64,000 nt of DNA from Thermoplasmata archaeon (GCA_052326485.1 JBKQMS010000015.1:5492-69491), one strand, 5' to 3'. Shown: positions 47,464 to 56,756, counted from the stretch's first letter. Translations and numbers: made by a program. Notes: generated by a model not told the origin, from the letters alone.

Positions 47464-48092
47464 CGCCTCGACGTCGGGGGACCTTCCTGGTCCTCGAAGG
47501 GATCGACGGGGTCGGGAAGTCCACGCTTCTTCGGGCGCTCGCGCGCGCGCTGCGGCGTCGTGGTCTCTCGGTCGCCGTCCGTCGGGAGCCCGCCGACCCG
47601 CGCCTGGGCGCCCTGGCCCAATCGGCCGCCGCCGAGGACGCATGGACGGGGGCGGTGTACTTCACCGTCGACCGGCACCTCGCGGCCCCGGACCTAGCAC
47701 GGGACCTCCGCCAGCACGACGTGGTCCTTCAGGACCGGTCGTTCTACTCGACGCTCGCCTACCAGGGCAGCGCGATGTCCCCTCGCGATCGGAGGCGGCT
47801 TTCGGACCTCCAGCGGTCGGCGACGGTGACGCCGGACCGCGTCGTTCTGCTCGACCTTTCCCCTTCGGAGGCGCTGCGCCGTCTGGGCGGCCGGGACCTC
47901 GAACGCGGTCCCCTCGAGCGGTTGCGCACGCTCCGACGCGTCGCGCAGGCCTACCGGACGCTAGCCCAGTCGAACCGATGGCAGGTCGTGGACGCGCGAG
48001 CTCCTCCGGCCGAGCTCCTCCGGCAGGTGCTGGACGGGCTCGACCTTCCCGCCCCGCCTCGGCCGAGACGGCCGGTCCGACGGCGAAGATGA
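47460..48092 (+). CDS. tmk: dTMP kinase
   Basis: ATGA overlap with the upstream gene. P-loop LEGIDGVGKST and the DRSFYSTLAYQG motif. Confidence 0.9.
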   Translation: MTPRRRGTFLVLEGIDGVGKSTLLRALARALRRRGLSVAVRREPADPRLGALAQSAAAEDAWTGAVYFTVDRHLAAPDLARDLRQHDVVLQDRSFYSTLAYQGSAMSPRDRRRLSDLQRSATVTPDRVVLLDLSPSEALRRLGGRDLERGPLERLRTLRRVAQAYRTLAQSNRWQVVDARAPPAELLRQVLDGLDLPAPPRPRRPVRRRR

Positions 48093-48123
48093 TAAGCCCG
48101 GTCCGGGTCCCCCCGCTCCAGCG

Positions 48124-49281
48124 ATGAATCCACTATCCCCCATCCTCGTTCGGGAGGAGACCCTCGACCCGTCGTACCTTCCGAGCCGACTCGTCCGCCG
48201 CGACACGGAGCTCGAGCTGCTCCGTCGTCGCTACCGAGAGGCGCTCGCGAAGGGACTTCCGTTCCATCTTCTGCTCACCGGCGGCGTCGGCAGCGGGAAG
48301 ACCGCGCTCGTTCGCCGGCTCGCGGCCGACCTCGAGCGGGGCGGACGGCTCGGAGGCTTCCCGGTGAAGGCCGCCTACGTGAACTGCTGGCGACGGGCGA
48401 GCGACCGGACGGTCATGCTCGACCTGCTCCGGATGGTCCAGGTGTCGCTTCCCGACCGGGGGTACTCCCTTTCCGAGATGCTGGACGTCTTCGAGCAGGG
48501 GATCCGAAAGAACCCCTCCCACCTCCTCGTCCTGCTCGACGAGGCCTCGAGCCTCGTCCGGCAGGAGACGAAGCTCGTCTACCTGCTCTCGCGGTCTCGC
48601 GAGGTCGAGCTCGGCTCGATCTCCCTCGTGCTGGTGGCGTCCGAGGACCTGTTCCCGTTCCTCGACCCGGCGAGCCGGTCGAGCTTTGGCGTGACGCACC
48701 GGCTTTCGCTGGCCCCGTACGACCGCGCCGCGCTCACCGACATCCTTGAGTCTCGGGCGGAGCTGGCCCTGCGTCCCGGAAGCTTCGACCGCGAGGTCCT
48801 CGACCAGATTGCCCGCATCGCCGCCCCCAACGGGGACGCCCGCTTTGCGCTCGAGGTCCTATCGGGCGCGGCGCATGCCGCGGAGGAAGCCGGGGCCGAC
48901 TCGGTCGGAGCCGAGCACGTGCGCCGGGCCAAGGGCTCGCTCCTGCCCACCGTTTCCGAGACCCAGCTCGAGTCGCTCTCGACCCACGAGCTCGGGGTGC
49001 TACTCGCGCTCTCGCGGACGCTGAAGCGGCGCGGCGCGTCGACCACGAGCCAGAAGCTCCGAGCGAACCACACGGCCCTGCTCGAGGAGCTCGGAGCCGA
49101 CCCGATGAGCCGAACGACGTTCTGGCGCACCTTGAAGGAGCTCGAGCGGGACGGACTCGTGGTCCTTGAGATGGGGTCGTCGGGAGAGTCGAACAACGTC
49201 TCGATGGACGAGCTCCCCGCGAGTCTTCTCACCACGCTCCTCGAGGAACGGGTCGGTCGCACTCGCTCTCGAAAAGCCTAA
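48124..49281 (+). CDS. orc1: Orc1/Cdc6 replication initiator
   Basis: 385 aa. Walker A LTGGVGSGKT, Walker B VLLDEAS, and a C-terminal winged-helix region (TFWRTLKELERDGLV). Confidence 0.92.
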   Translation: MNPLSPILVREETLDPSYLPSRLVRRDTELELLRRRYREALAKGLPFHLLLTGGVGSGKTALVRRLAADLERGGRLGGFPVKAAYVNCWRRASDRTVMLDLLRMVQVSLPDRGYSLSEMLDVFEQGIRKNPSHLLVLLDEASSLVRQETKLVYLLSRSREVELGSISLVLVASEDLFPFLDPASRSSFGVTHRLSLAPYDRAALTDILESRAELALRPGSFDREVLDQIARIAAPNGDARFALEVLSGAAHAAEEAGADSVGAEHVRRAKGSLLPTVSETQLESLSTHELGVLLALSRTLKRRGASTTSQKLRANHTALLEELGADPMSRTTFWRTLKELERDGLVVLEMGSSGESNNVSMDELPASLLTTLLEERVGRTRSRKA

Positions 49282-49304
49282 AGCGCTCCGCGGGTCGGGC
49301 CGGC

Positions 49305-50219
49305 GTGGCCAGTTCTTCCGTCCCTGCTCTCCCGACGGAGCCGTCCGCTCTCCCCGAGTGGATCCGCGTCCGTCCCCCTCGCGGAGCGGCGTACCCCGAG
49401 GTCCGAGGGATCCTCGGGGAGCTCGGCCTGGACACGGTGTGTCGGGAGGCACGCTGCCCGAACCTGTCGGAGTGCTGGTCGGCCGGCGCCGCGACCCTCA
49501 TGTTGCTCGGGACCGAGTGCACGCGCCGATGCACGTTCTGTGCCGTCACCACCCACTGGCCTCGGGGCATGGTCGACCGCACGGAGCCGGCGCGCGTCGC
49601 CGAAGCGGTCCAGCGCTGGGGGCTGAAGTACGTGGTCCTCACCCAGGTCTGCCGGGACGACCTAGAGGACGGCGGAGCTTCCGTTCTGGCCGAGACGGTC
49701 CGCAGGATCCGCGTCGAATCTCCCCGGACGCTCGTCGAGCTCCTCATCGGAGACCTCGGAGGGCGAGTGGATGCCCTGGGACTCCTCCTCGGCTCCCCTC
49801 CGGACGTCCTCGCGCACAACCTGGAGACGGTCCGGTCGATCAGCTCCGAGGTGCGCGACCGCCGCGCTAGCTACGACCGCTCGCTCGAAGTCCTGAGGGC
49901 GGCCCGCCGCCTCGGTCGGTCGGGACTGGTGACGAAGAGCTCCCTCATGCTCGGGATCGGCGAGACCGAGGCCGAGCTCGCCACGGCGCTCGGCGACCTT
50001 AGGTCCGCGGACGTCGACCTGCTCACGCTCGGGCAGTACTTGCGCCCCGACGCCGCCCATCGCCCGGTCCATCGTTACGTTCCTCCGGACGAGTTCTCCC
50101 GCTGGGAGGCGACCGCCCTCTCCCTCGGCTTCCGGGGCGCAGCGTCCGGCCCCCTCGTGCGAAGCTCCTACCGGGCGGAAGAGCTGTACCGACGCGCCCA
50201 CGCCGCTCGAGGAGGCTGA
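49305..50219 (+). CDS. lipA: lipoyl synthase
   Basis: GTG start. Auxiliary cluster CPNLSECW and radical-SAM CTRRCTFCAV. Confidence 0.92.
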   Translation: MASSSVPALPTEPSALPEWIRVRPPRGAAYPEVRGILGELGLDTVCREARCPNLSECWSAGAATLMLLGTECTRRCTFCAVTTHWPRGMVDRTEPARVAEAVQRWGLKYVVLTQVCRDDLEDGGASVLAETVRRIRVESPRTLVELLIGDLGGRVDALGLLLGSPPDVLAHNLETVRSISSEVRDRRASYDRSLEVLRAARRLGRSGLVTKSSLMLGIGETEAELATALGDLRSADVDLLTLGQYLRPDAAHRPVHRYVPPDEFSRWEATALSLGFRGAASGPLVRSSYRAEELYRRAHAARGG

Positions 50220-50222
50220 CCG

Positions 50223-50588
50223 ATGGCGAAGAAGGTCCGCCGCAAGCCGGTGGAAGAGGAGGCCCCGGCCTTCGAGTTCCCGGTGTTCGACGAGACGGCG
50301 TTCGTGGCCAAGGAGTTCGAGCTGACCACCGCGCTCACCCTCGCCAGCGTCTTCACGGTCCTCTTCGGGATCCTGTCGTGGGCCCTGTCGGTCCTCGGCC
50401 TTCTCTGGTACTTCGTGTTCCCGCTCGGGATCCTGCTGATCGCGCTCAGTCCGTTCTTGATCCAGCGCCTTCGGCGGAAGTCGTCGATCTACACGAAGGG
50501 GGACTGGGCGGGGCTCATCGCGCTCGAATTCTTCGGATGGCTCGCGCTCTGGTTCGTACTGCTGAACCTGTCCCCGCACGCCGTCTAG
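50223..50588 (+). CDS. small membrane protein
   Basis: 121 aa with three hydrophobic segments. Starts 3 nt after the lipA stop. Confidence 0.55.
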   Translation: MAKKVRRKPVEEEAPAFEFPVFDETAFVAKEFELTTALTLASVFTVLFGILSWALSVLGLLWYFVFPLGILLIALSPFLIQRLRRKSSIYTKGDWAGLIALEFFGWLALWFVLLNLSPHAV

Positions 50589-50594
50589 GACAGC

Positions 50595-52007
50595 TCAGGC
50601 GTCGTCGAGCCAGGGGAGCCGTCTCGCGAGCAGCTCCCGGAGCGCCTCCGCGAGCGCGGGGGTCTCGGTGGCTTCCCCGAGCGTATGCACTTCACACGAC
50701 CCCGGCTCCTTGGGCGTAAGGTCCTTCCCGAGGGAGAGGCGGGGGAACGCCCCGCGCAACACGGCCTCGGCGTCCCGCTCGGCCCGGCGGGTATCGACCC
50801 CCAGGCTACCGTCGGGCCGGACGTACGGTCCCTGGAGGACTTGCTCGCTCTTTGCGCCCCACTTCTCGAGAAAATGCCCGACCCGGTCGATGCCGGCCGG
50901 GGGTCCATCCTGGACCCGGACCTGGGGTCGTCGGGGATGCGCGAGCTCGACCACGATGACGACCGAGCTCGGGTCGGCGGCGCTCGCTTCCCCGAGGACC
51001 GAGAAGTCCGAGCGAGAGAGCTCGTCCGCGACCGCGCGGGCGGCCTTGCGAATCTGCGGGTAGAGCGTGTCGTCCACGAGGTCCGGGCGGAGGAGAACCG
51101 CTACCGTGACGTGGGTCCCCCGGGCATGGACGAGGGAGACCGCGGTCTCCTTCGAGAGCGGCGGGCTCCCGCGGGCTTCAAAGAACCGCGCGTTCGGACC
51201 GTCGAGGTAGGCCCCGGCGGCGAGGATGAAGAGCCCGAGGTTCTTCCGCGAGAGAGCGCTCGCCACGTTGCGGTTCGGGTCGACGGGGTCGGCGAGGACG
51301 AGGGCCACGTCGGTCGGAAGCCTCGGGGGTTCCTTGCCGGCCTCGGCCAGGCGGACGGGCACGCGCCAATCGCGGGCGGCGACGAGGAGGCGTCGCAGCG
51401 AGCCGAACCGGATCACGAGGAGCTCGACCAGGTACCCCGAGAAACCCTCGGTCCTCGCCTCGGAACCATAGACACCCAGCGATCGGAAGAACTGCTTCGC
51501 GAGCCGGACCTGACCCACGATCTCAGGGGTTTCCCGAGCGGTGAGGTACTCTTGGTGGAACGGCGTCCGGTCGACCGGCGAGAGCGGATGAGAGGGGTCG
51601 GTGATCGCGAACCCCGGAACAGCGTCGACGGTGAATCCTTCGAACTTTCCCCGCAGATACGGATGCTCGGCGTAGCGGGTCTCGGGCTCGGACAGGATCG
51701 CCCGCCCGAGCGCCAGCCCCTCCTCGCGCAGCCTCTCTCGGGGAAGGTCGGGTGGGAAGAGGAGGAAGAGGTCGACGTCCAGACGGTCTTGGAGGAACGT
51801 CCCGCGGGCCGCGCTGCCCGCCACGAGCGCCCGAGTGAGCGGGCTCGACCGCGCCTTGGCGGCGGCGGTCACGCGCTCGATCAGCGCGGCGCGCACCCGT
51901 GAAACGCGGTCCAAGAACTCGGCGGAGGGGGTGATCCGGGCGCTCACTTCGCGCTCGACCGCGTCCGCCTGCGCGGTCGGCGCGGGACCTGGGCCAGCTC
52001 CCTTCAT
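50595..52007 (-). CDS. cca: CCA-adding tRNA nucleotidyltransferase (archaeal class I)
   Basis: Start moved to ATG 52005-52007 (the listed 781-aa ORF is over-extended). GSAARGTFLQDRLDVDLFLLF nucleotidyltransferase motif and GSEARTEGFSGYLVELL. Confidence 0.88.
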   Translation of the reverse strand: MKGAGPGPAPTAQADAVEREVSARITPSAEFLDRVSRVRAALIERVTAAAKARSSPLTRALVAGSAARGTFLQDRLDVDLFLLFPPDLPRERLREEGLALGRAILSEPETRYAEHPYLRGKFEGFTVDAVPGFAITDPSHPLSPVDRTPFHQEYLTARETPEIVGQVRLAKQFFRSLGVYGSEARTEGFSGYLVELLVIRFGSLRRLLVAARDWRVPVRLAEAGKEPPRLPTDVALVLADPVDPNRNVASALSRKNLGLFILAAGAYLDGPNARFFEARGSPPLSKETAVSLVHARGTHVTVAVLLRPDLVDDTLYPQIRKAARAVADELSRSDFSVLGEASAADPSSVVIVVELAHPRRPQVRVQDGPPAGIDRVGHFLEKWGAKSEQVLQGPYVRPDGSLGVDTRRAERDAEAVLRGAFPRLSLGKDLTPKEPGSCEVHTLGEATETPALAEALRELLARRLPWLDDA

Positions 52008-52109
52008 CAAACCTCCGGGGACGTTCCGGCGCAGATGAACCTTCGGCTCGAGCCGCCGGCACGGGACCACGCTTATCGGCGAGCGGCGCCTCGTGGGGGT
52101 CGAGACCCC

Positions 52110-53177
52110 ATGACCGCCCCCTCCGGGCACACCGCCACGCTGTTTGAAACCACTCCCGACCGGAAGGTGAGATGCACAGCGTGTGCCCGTTACTGCACGA
52201 TCCCCGAGGGTTCGCACGGGTTCTGCTTCGTCCGCAAGAACGTCGACGGTCGCCTCGTCCTGCTGAGCTACGGGAAAGCCTCCGCCGTGCAGGTCGACCC
52301 GGTCGAGAAGAAGCCCCTCTCCCACTTCCATCCCGGTACCCGCGTGTACTCCATCGGCACGGTCGGGTGCAACTGGCGGTGCGCGTACTGCCAGAACGCC
52401 GAGATCTCCCAAGAGCGCGAGGTGGTGGGCCGGTCGCTGTCCCCGCGCACCGCCGTGGCCGAGGCACGGAAGTTCGGCTGCAGCGGGGTGACGTTCACCT
52501 ACAACGAACCCTCGATCTTCGCCGAGTACGCGCTCGACGTGATCCAGGAGGCGCACCAGGCCGGACTCTTCGCGAACTTCGTGACGAACGGGTACATGAC
52601 GCCCGAAGCGGTCGCCCTGATCGGGCCGCATCTCGACGCGGTGAGCGTCGACTTCAAGGGGAGCGGAGAGCCCCGGTTCCTTCGGAAGTACGTCGCTGCG
52701 ACCGGACCCGAGCCGATCTTCCAATCCGCGGTGGACCTGCGAAAGCGCGGGGTGCACGTCGAGATCACCGACCTCATCGTGCCCGAGGTCGGCGAGTCGG
52801 TCGAGGCGACGAAGAAGCTCGCCCGGTTCGTGCGAGACGAGCTGGGTCCGTCCACACCGTTCCACCTCCTGCGGTTCCATCCCGACTATCGAATGTTGGA
52901 CCTTCCGGAGACCCCGGTGGCGACCCTCGAGAAGCTTCACGCGGTCGTGAAGGCGGAGGGCCTCGAGTACGTCTATCTAGGGAACGTGTGGGGCCATCCG
53001 CTCGAGCACACGTACTGCCCGGGTTGTGGGACCATCGTGGTCCGTCGGTTGGGCTTCACGATCAAGTCCTGGCGACTCGACCCCGAGAATCGCTGTCGGA
53101 AGTGCGGCACCCAGATCGCGATCGTAGGACGGCTGCCCGAAGACTACGTCCCGTCGTTCGCGACTCCCATCAGCTGA
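52110..53177 (+). CDS. AmmeMemoRadiSam-system radical SAM enzyme
   Basis: Start moved to ATG 52110. N-terminal CTACARYC, then CNWRCAYCQN as the radical-SAM motif. C-terminal CPGCG...CRKCG zinc ribbon. Confidence 0.85.
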   Translation: MTAPSGHTATLFETTPDRKVRCTACARYCTIPEGSHGFCFVRKNVDGRLVLLSYGKASAVQVDPVEKKPLSHFHPGTRVYSIGTVGCNWRCAYCQNAEISQEREVVGRSLSPRTAVAEARKFGCSGVTFTYNEPSIFAEYALDVIQEAHQAGLFANFVTNGYMTPEAVALIGPHLDAVSVDFKGSGEPRFLRKYVAATGPEPIFQSAVDLRKRGVHVEITDLIVPEVGESVEATKKLARFVRDELGPSTPFHLLRFHPDYRMLDLPETPVATLEKLHAVVKAEGLEYVYLGNVWGHPLEHTYCPGCGTIVVRRLGFTIKSWRLDPENRCRKCGTQIAIVGRLPEDYVPSFATPIS

Positions 53178-53426
53178 CACGGGTGCCCCATCCGACCTTC
53201 TTCTCGAGCGTTCCGTCCATCGACCCCCATCGTTCGCTTTCTCTCGCGAACCCGGCTGTCCGACGTCAAGATCGCCGTCAACCGAGACCGACGGGGTTCC
53301 CATATACGCCGCGGTCTCCCGAACCGGTGAGGAGGGCTCGGAGTGCCCAGGACCCCCACCCGGACCCCGCGCACCCGCACGCCGGCCCGCGACCGTACGA
53401 GCTCCGAGCCGGACCCGTCCAACCCG

Positions 53427-54098
53427 ATGGTCGAGATCGTGCTGAACGGAGTGGATGGGGACGACTGGGTGACCGAGACCCTGCGATCCCAGGGGGTCGC
53501 GTTCCGTCTGCTCGCCTGCCGACCGGCCGACCGCGGACGACGACGACTTCTCCGGCTCTTCGAATTCCAGACGAACGGGGAAGGTGTCGCCCCCGTAATC
53601 CGCCGCCTCCGCTCTCGTCTGGCCGCCCGCGACGTCGCCGCGGCCAGCCTCGGTACGGACCGGGCTCTCGTGCGCGTGTCCGTGCCGATGCCCGCGCTCT
53701 GTGCCGCCGCGTTCGACCTGGGCGACTTCTGCATCAGCTGCCCGTTCCTCGGCGCGGACGATGGGATGGGGTCGGTTTCGTGGAAAGTGCTGGTTCCCCA
53801 GATCGTCGATGCTCGTCGTCTCCTCAAGGCCTCCGCGGGGCGCGGCGGGGCGCGACCCACGCTCGTCCGCGCCGGGGCGTATCGGAGACGCTGGGGGCTC
53901 ACAGGACGTCAGGAGAGGGCGCTCCGTCTGGCGTTCCAGCTCGGCTACTTCGATTATCCCCGCAAGGCCTCCCTAGCGACCCTGGCCACCCGGCTCGGCG
54001 TGGGTCGTTCGACCGCACTCGAGCTCCTCCGGAAGGCCACCACGAAACTGGCCGCGCAGAGGTTCCTCTCCGAGCCGCCCGTCGACCGCCCGCCATAA
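53427..54098 (+). CDS. HTH_10 (bacterio-opsin-activator-type) DNA-binding protein
   Basis: C-terminal LTGRQERALRLAFQLGYFDYPRKASLATLATRLGVGRSTALELLRKA. I chose ATG 53427 as the start, which is uncertain. Confidence 0.65.
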   Translation: MVEIVLNGVDGDDWVTETLRSQGVAFRLLACRPADRGRRRLLRLFEFQTNGEGVAPVIRRLRSRLAARDVAAASLGTDRALVRVSVPMPALCAAAFDLGDFCISCPFLGADDGMGSVSWKVLVPQIVDARRLLKASAGRGGARPTLVRAGAYRRRWGLTGRQERALRLAFQLGYFDYPRKASLATLATRLGVGRSTALELLRKATTKLAAQRFLSEPPVDRPP

Positions 54099-54147
54099 AG
54101 AATTCCCCCGGCCTCGAGGGAAACCAGCGTGAAGGCGGTCCGACCTC

Positions 54148-54558
54148 TCACTTTGGCGATGGCGCGCTCCACTGAGGTCGGGAACGCCGGCCCCGACCCG
54201 AGGAGGAACGGCCCCGCGTCCGAGCCGTCCGCCGCGTTCGCCTCGACCTGGTCAGGGCTTGACCTGGCCCACTTTCGGTGGCGTAGCGTTCCTTCCCGGA
54301 TTCTACGACCGCGCGGAAGATCGTCCGCATTCGGGCCGGAGAAAGACCTGCCTGCTCGGCCCACCCTTCGGCCCGGGCGATGACCCGTTCTTCCTGCGCC
54401 GGGTCCGCGATCCGCCCGTTCCCTTGAGAACGGAGCCGGATCGCAGTGCCGGCGGCCTCGACGCGGGCGGCCACCAGGAGTACGAGGGCCCGGTCGATCT
54501 CCTCGAGGTCGCGGCGAATCGCGACGAGCGAGGGAGCCACCTTCGACCGCACGACCAT
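54148..54558 (-). CDS. chorismate mutase (AroQ class) with an Arg/Ser-rich C-terminal tail
   Basis: Start moved to ATG 54556-54558. LVAIRRDLEEIDRALVLLVAARVEAAGTAIRLR...IADPAQEERVIARAEGWAEQAGLSPARMRTIFRAVVE follows the AroQ helical pattern. Confidence 0.7.
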   Translation of the reverse strand: MVVRSKVAPSLVAIRRDLEEIDRALVLLVAARVEAAGTAIRLRSQGNGRIADPAQEERVIARAEGWAEQAGLSPARMRTIFRAVVESGKERYATESGPGQALTRSRRTRRTARTRGRSSSGRGRRSRPQWSAPSPK

Positions 54559-54578
54559 GACGACCGTCCGAGCCCGGG

Positions 54579-55799
54579 GTGGGCCAAGTTCCTTCGACCG
54601 CACCGGTGCGGGGGCCGGCTCACATATCGCTCGCGGTGCCCGGGTCGGTGCAGATCGTCCTGGCCTCCAACTTCGATGACCGGCTGGTCGAAGAGACCGC
54701 CGACCTTCCGGTCTCTACGTTCTTCGGGGGGTACCCGGTGCAGCTGACCGGAGGCGGACGACCTCCCCAGATCCTTCCCCCGGTCGACCGGGAGCGGTTC
54801 CGCGCCCATCTCGAGGTTGTCCACCGACACTCTCGTCAGTTCTTCGCTACCCTCAACAGCAATGACCTCGGGCTGAAGGAGTACGGACCGGGCTACGTCG
54901 AGCGCCTGCTTCGAGAGGTCGGTGACCTCATCGACCTCGGGGTCGATGGGTTCGTGGTCGCCCTTCCGGCGCTGATCGAGGCGATCCGGACCGAGTGGCC
55001 GGACGTGCCGATCACGGTCTCCACCTTCGCACGGATCCGCACCGTGACCCAGGCCGAGTACTTCCTCAAGCTCGGGGCGCGCACGATCATCCTCGAGGAG
55101 GCGAACCGGGACTTCCGCCTGATCCGCGGCCTCGTCCGCCTGGGAGCGGAGGTCGAGATCCTGGTCAACCAGAGCTGTCTTCCGTCCTGCCCGTACCGGG
55201 GCCATCACCTGAACACGAGCTCGCTCGCTTCCCAGCCGGGCGCCCCGTGCCTGGCGTTCGAGTACCCGATCCTCGAATGCGGCCTCGAGTACGTCCGGGA
55301 CCCGGCGAAGCTCATCTCGGGGATCTTCGTGCGCCCGGAGGACCTCGAGGTGTTCGAGGAGGTCGGGGTCTCTCGGTTCAAGGTCTCGGGTCGGAACCGG
55401 TCGACCGACTGGCTCCTACGATCCGCCCGGGCCTACGCGCAGAGATCCTATCCCGGCAACCTGGCCGATATCCTGAGCCTGGTGCAGGTGAAGGGCCCCT
55501 GGGGCGCCCTGAAGCGACTCGGGGAGGGGCCGCACGGCGAGGAGGCTCGGACGCTCGCGCGGGCGTTCGCTCCGCTCTCGGAGCTGACGATCGACAACCG
55601 GGCCTTCCCTCCGGACTTCCTACGTCACATCGCCACCGTGGACTGCGAGCACACGACCTGCGAGGCGTGCGGGTACTGTCGAGGGGTCGCGCAGAAGGTG
55701 CTTCGGGTATCCGGTCGCCCTGTGTCGGAGTACGCTCCTCCACCCGAGATGCCCTCGGCGATCCGGGTCCTTCCTCAGCTCGGTCTCCCGCCCGGGTGA
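54579..55799 (+). CDS. peptidase-U32-family protein
   Basis: About 400 aa. U32 TIM-barrel-like core with the Cys cluster NQSCLPSCPYRGHH...PCLAFEYPILECG. The start is uncertain, with in-frame GTGs at 54579, 54606, 54636 and 54648. Confidence 0.75.
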   Translation: MGQVPSTAPVRGPAHISLAVPGSVQIVLASNFDDRLVEETADLPVSTFFGGYPVQLTGGGRPPQILPPVDRERFRAHLEVVHRHSRQFFATLNSNDLGLKEYGPGYVERLLREVGDLIDLGVDGFVVALPALIEAIRTEWPDVPITVSTFARIRTVTQAEYFLKLGARTIILEEANRDFRLIRGLVRLGAEVEILVNQSCLPSCPYRGHHLNTSSLASQPGAPCLAFEYPILECGLEYVRDPAKLISGIFVRPEDLEVFEEVGVSRFKVSGRNRSTDWLLRSARAYAQRSYPGNLADILSLVQVKGPWGALKRLGEGPHGEEARTLARAFAPLSELTIDNRAFPPDFLRHIATVDCEHTTCEACGYCRGVAQKVLRVSGRPVSEYAPPPEMPSAIRVLPQLGLPPG

Positions 55800-55847
55800 A
55801 GGCTCCCGGCTCAGGACTCGGCACGTAATCGGTTGGGTCCACGGCCC

Positions 55848-56426
55848 CTATCGAAGGGCTCCTAGGATCTCATCGGTCTTCCGGACCCGGCCGATCCGCT
55901 TGAGGACAAAGTCGACCGCGGCCCGGTGCATCTCCACGGAGCCGGAGGCCATCGCATCCTCGGCGAAGACCTGCTGGAAGCCGAACTCGTAAGCGAACCG
56001 GGCTGTGCTCTCCACGCCGTAGTTGGTCGAGATCCCGCAGAGCACGATCGTCTTCATCCCTCGTCGTCGCAGCTGCAGCTCGAGCTCGGTGCCGTAGAAG
56101 GCCCCCCACTGCTTCTTCGTGATCGTGAGGTCGCCCTCTCGCGGCCCGATCTCCGGCACGAAGTCCGAGGCGTCCGCCGGCCGCGGCGCGTTCGTGCGCC
56201 ACCCCGGGTCGTCGGAGATCACGTCGAGCCGGTCCGCCGGCGACGACACGACGTGCACCAGGAAGACCGGCATGCCGTTCGCGCGGAAGGCGTCCGCGAG
56301 CTTGGCCGCGTTCCGTACGACGACCTCCGAGCTGTAGGGTTCCAGTGGTCTTCCCGCGTAGGCGATCCCCTTCTGTAGGTCGATGACGACCAACGCGGTG
56401 CTCTTCTTGTCAATCTCTAGGGTCAT
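55848..56426 (-). CDS. isochorismatase-family cysteine hydrolase
   Basis: Start moved to ATG 56424-56426. VVIDLQ motif, and the CGISTNYGVEST nucleophile Cys motif. Confidence 0.85.
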   Translation of the reverse strand: MTLEIDKKSTALVVIDLQKGIAYAGRPLEPYSSEVVVRNAAKLADAFRANGMPVFLVHVVSSPADRLDVISDDPGWRTNAPRPADASDFVPEIGPREGDLTITKKQWGAFYGTELELQLRRRGMKTIVLCGISTNYGVESTARFAYEFGFQQVFAEDAMASGSVEMHRAAVDFVLKRIGRVRKTDEILGALR

Positions 56427-56559
56427 GCCGATGCTCCCGAGGTCGCTCGTGCGGACGACCTTTCCGCTTGATGAAGTGCGCGCCCCACGACGCGAAGCGC
56501 CGAGCTTGGGCGCCGACGTTGATTGGGACTGATCCCACGTCAGGAAAGGATGATCTGGC

Positions 56560-56720
56560 TCCTCACGAACGAAAGGTGCTGGGGTTGTCTTCCCCCCTTC
56601 GAGCCGGGCCGGCCGACCGGGGTAGGTACCACAAGGTCGAGGAAGGGGCGCGCGAATCGGGGCTACCCCTATCAACCCACTGGATTCGAACGAACCGGCC
56701 CTTCCGGCTCGGACCTGAGG
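56560..56720 (+). repeat. intergenic element copy F (two GAACGAA cores)
   Basis: gaacgaa at 56567-56573 is followed by aaggtgctggg, which is identical to 14569-14579. ggggttgtcttcc resembles ggggttcttcc at about 57576. accggggtag resembles 57850-57859. gaacgaacc at 56688-56696 followed by ccttccggctcgg resembles 57671-57690. Confidence 0.5.
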
Positions 56721-56756
56721 GTTTATCGGTGAGATTCGCCCTTCGCACGACCGTCC

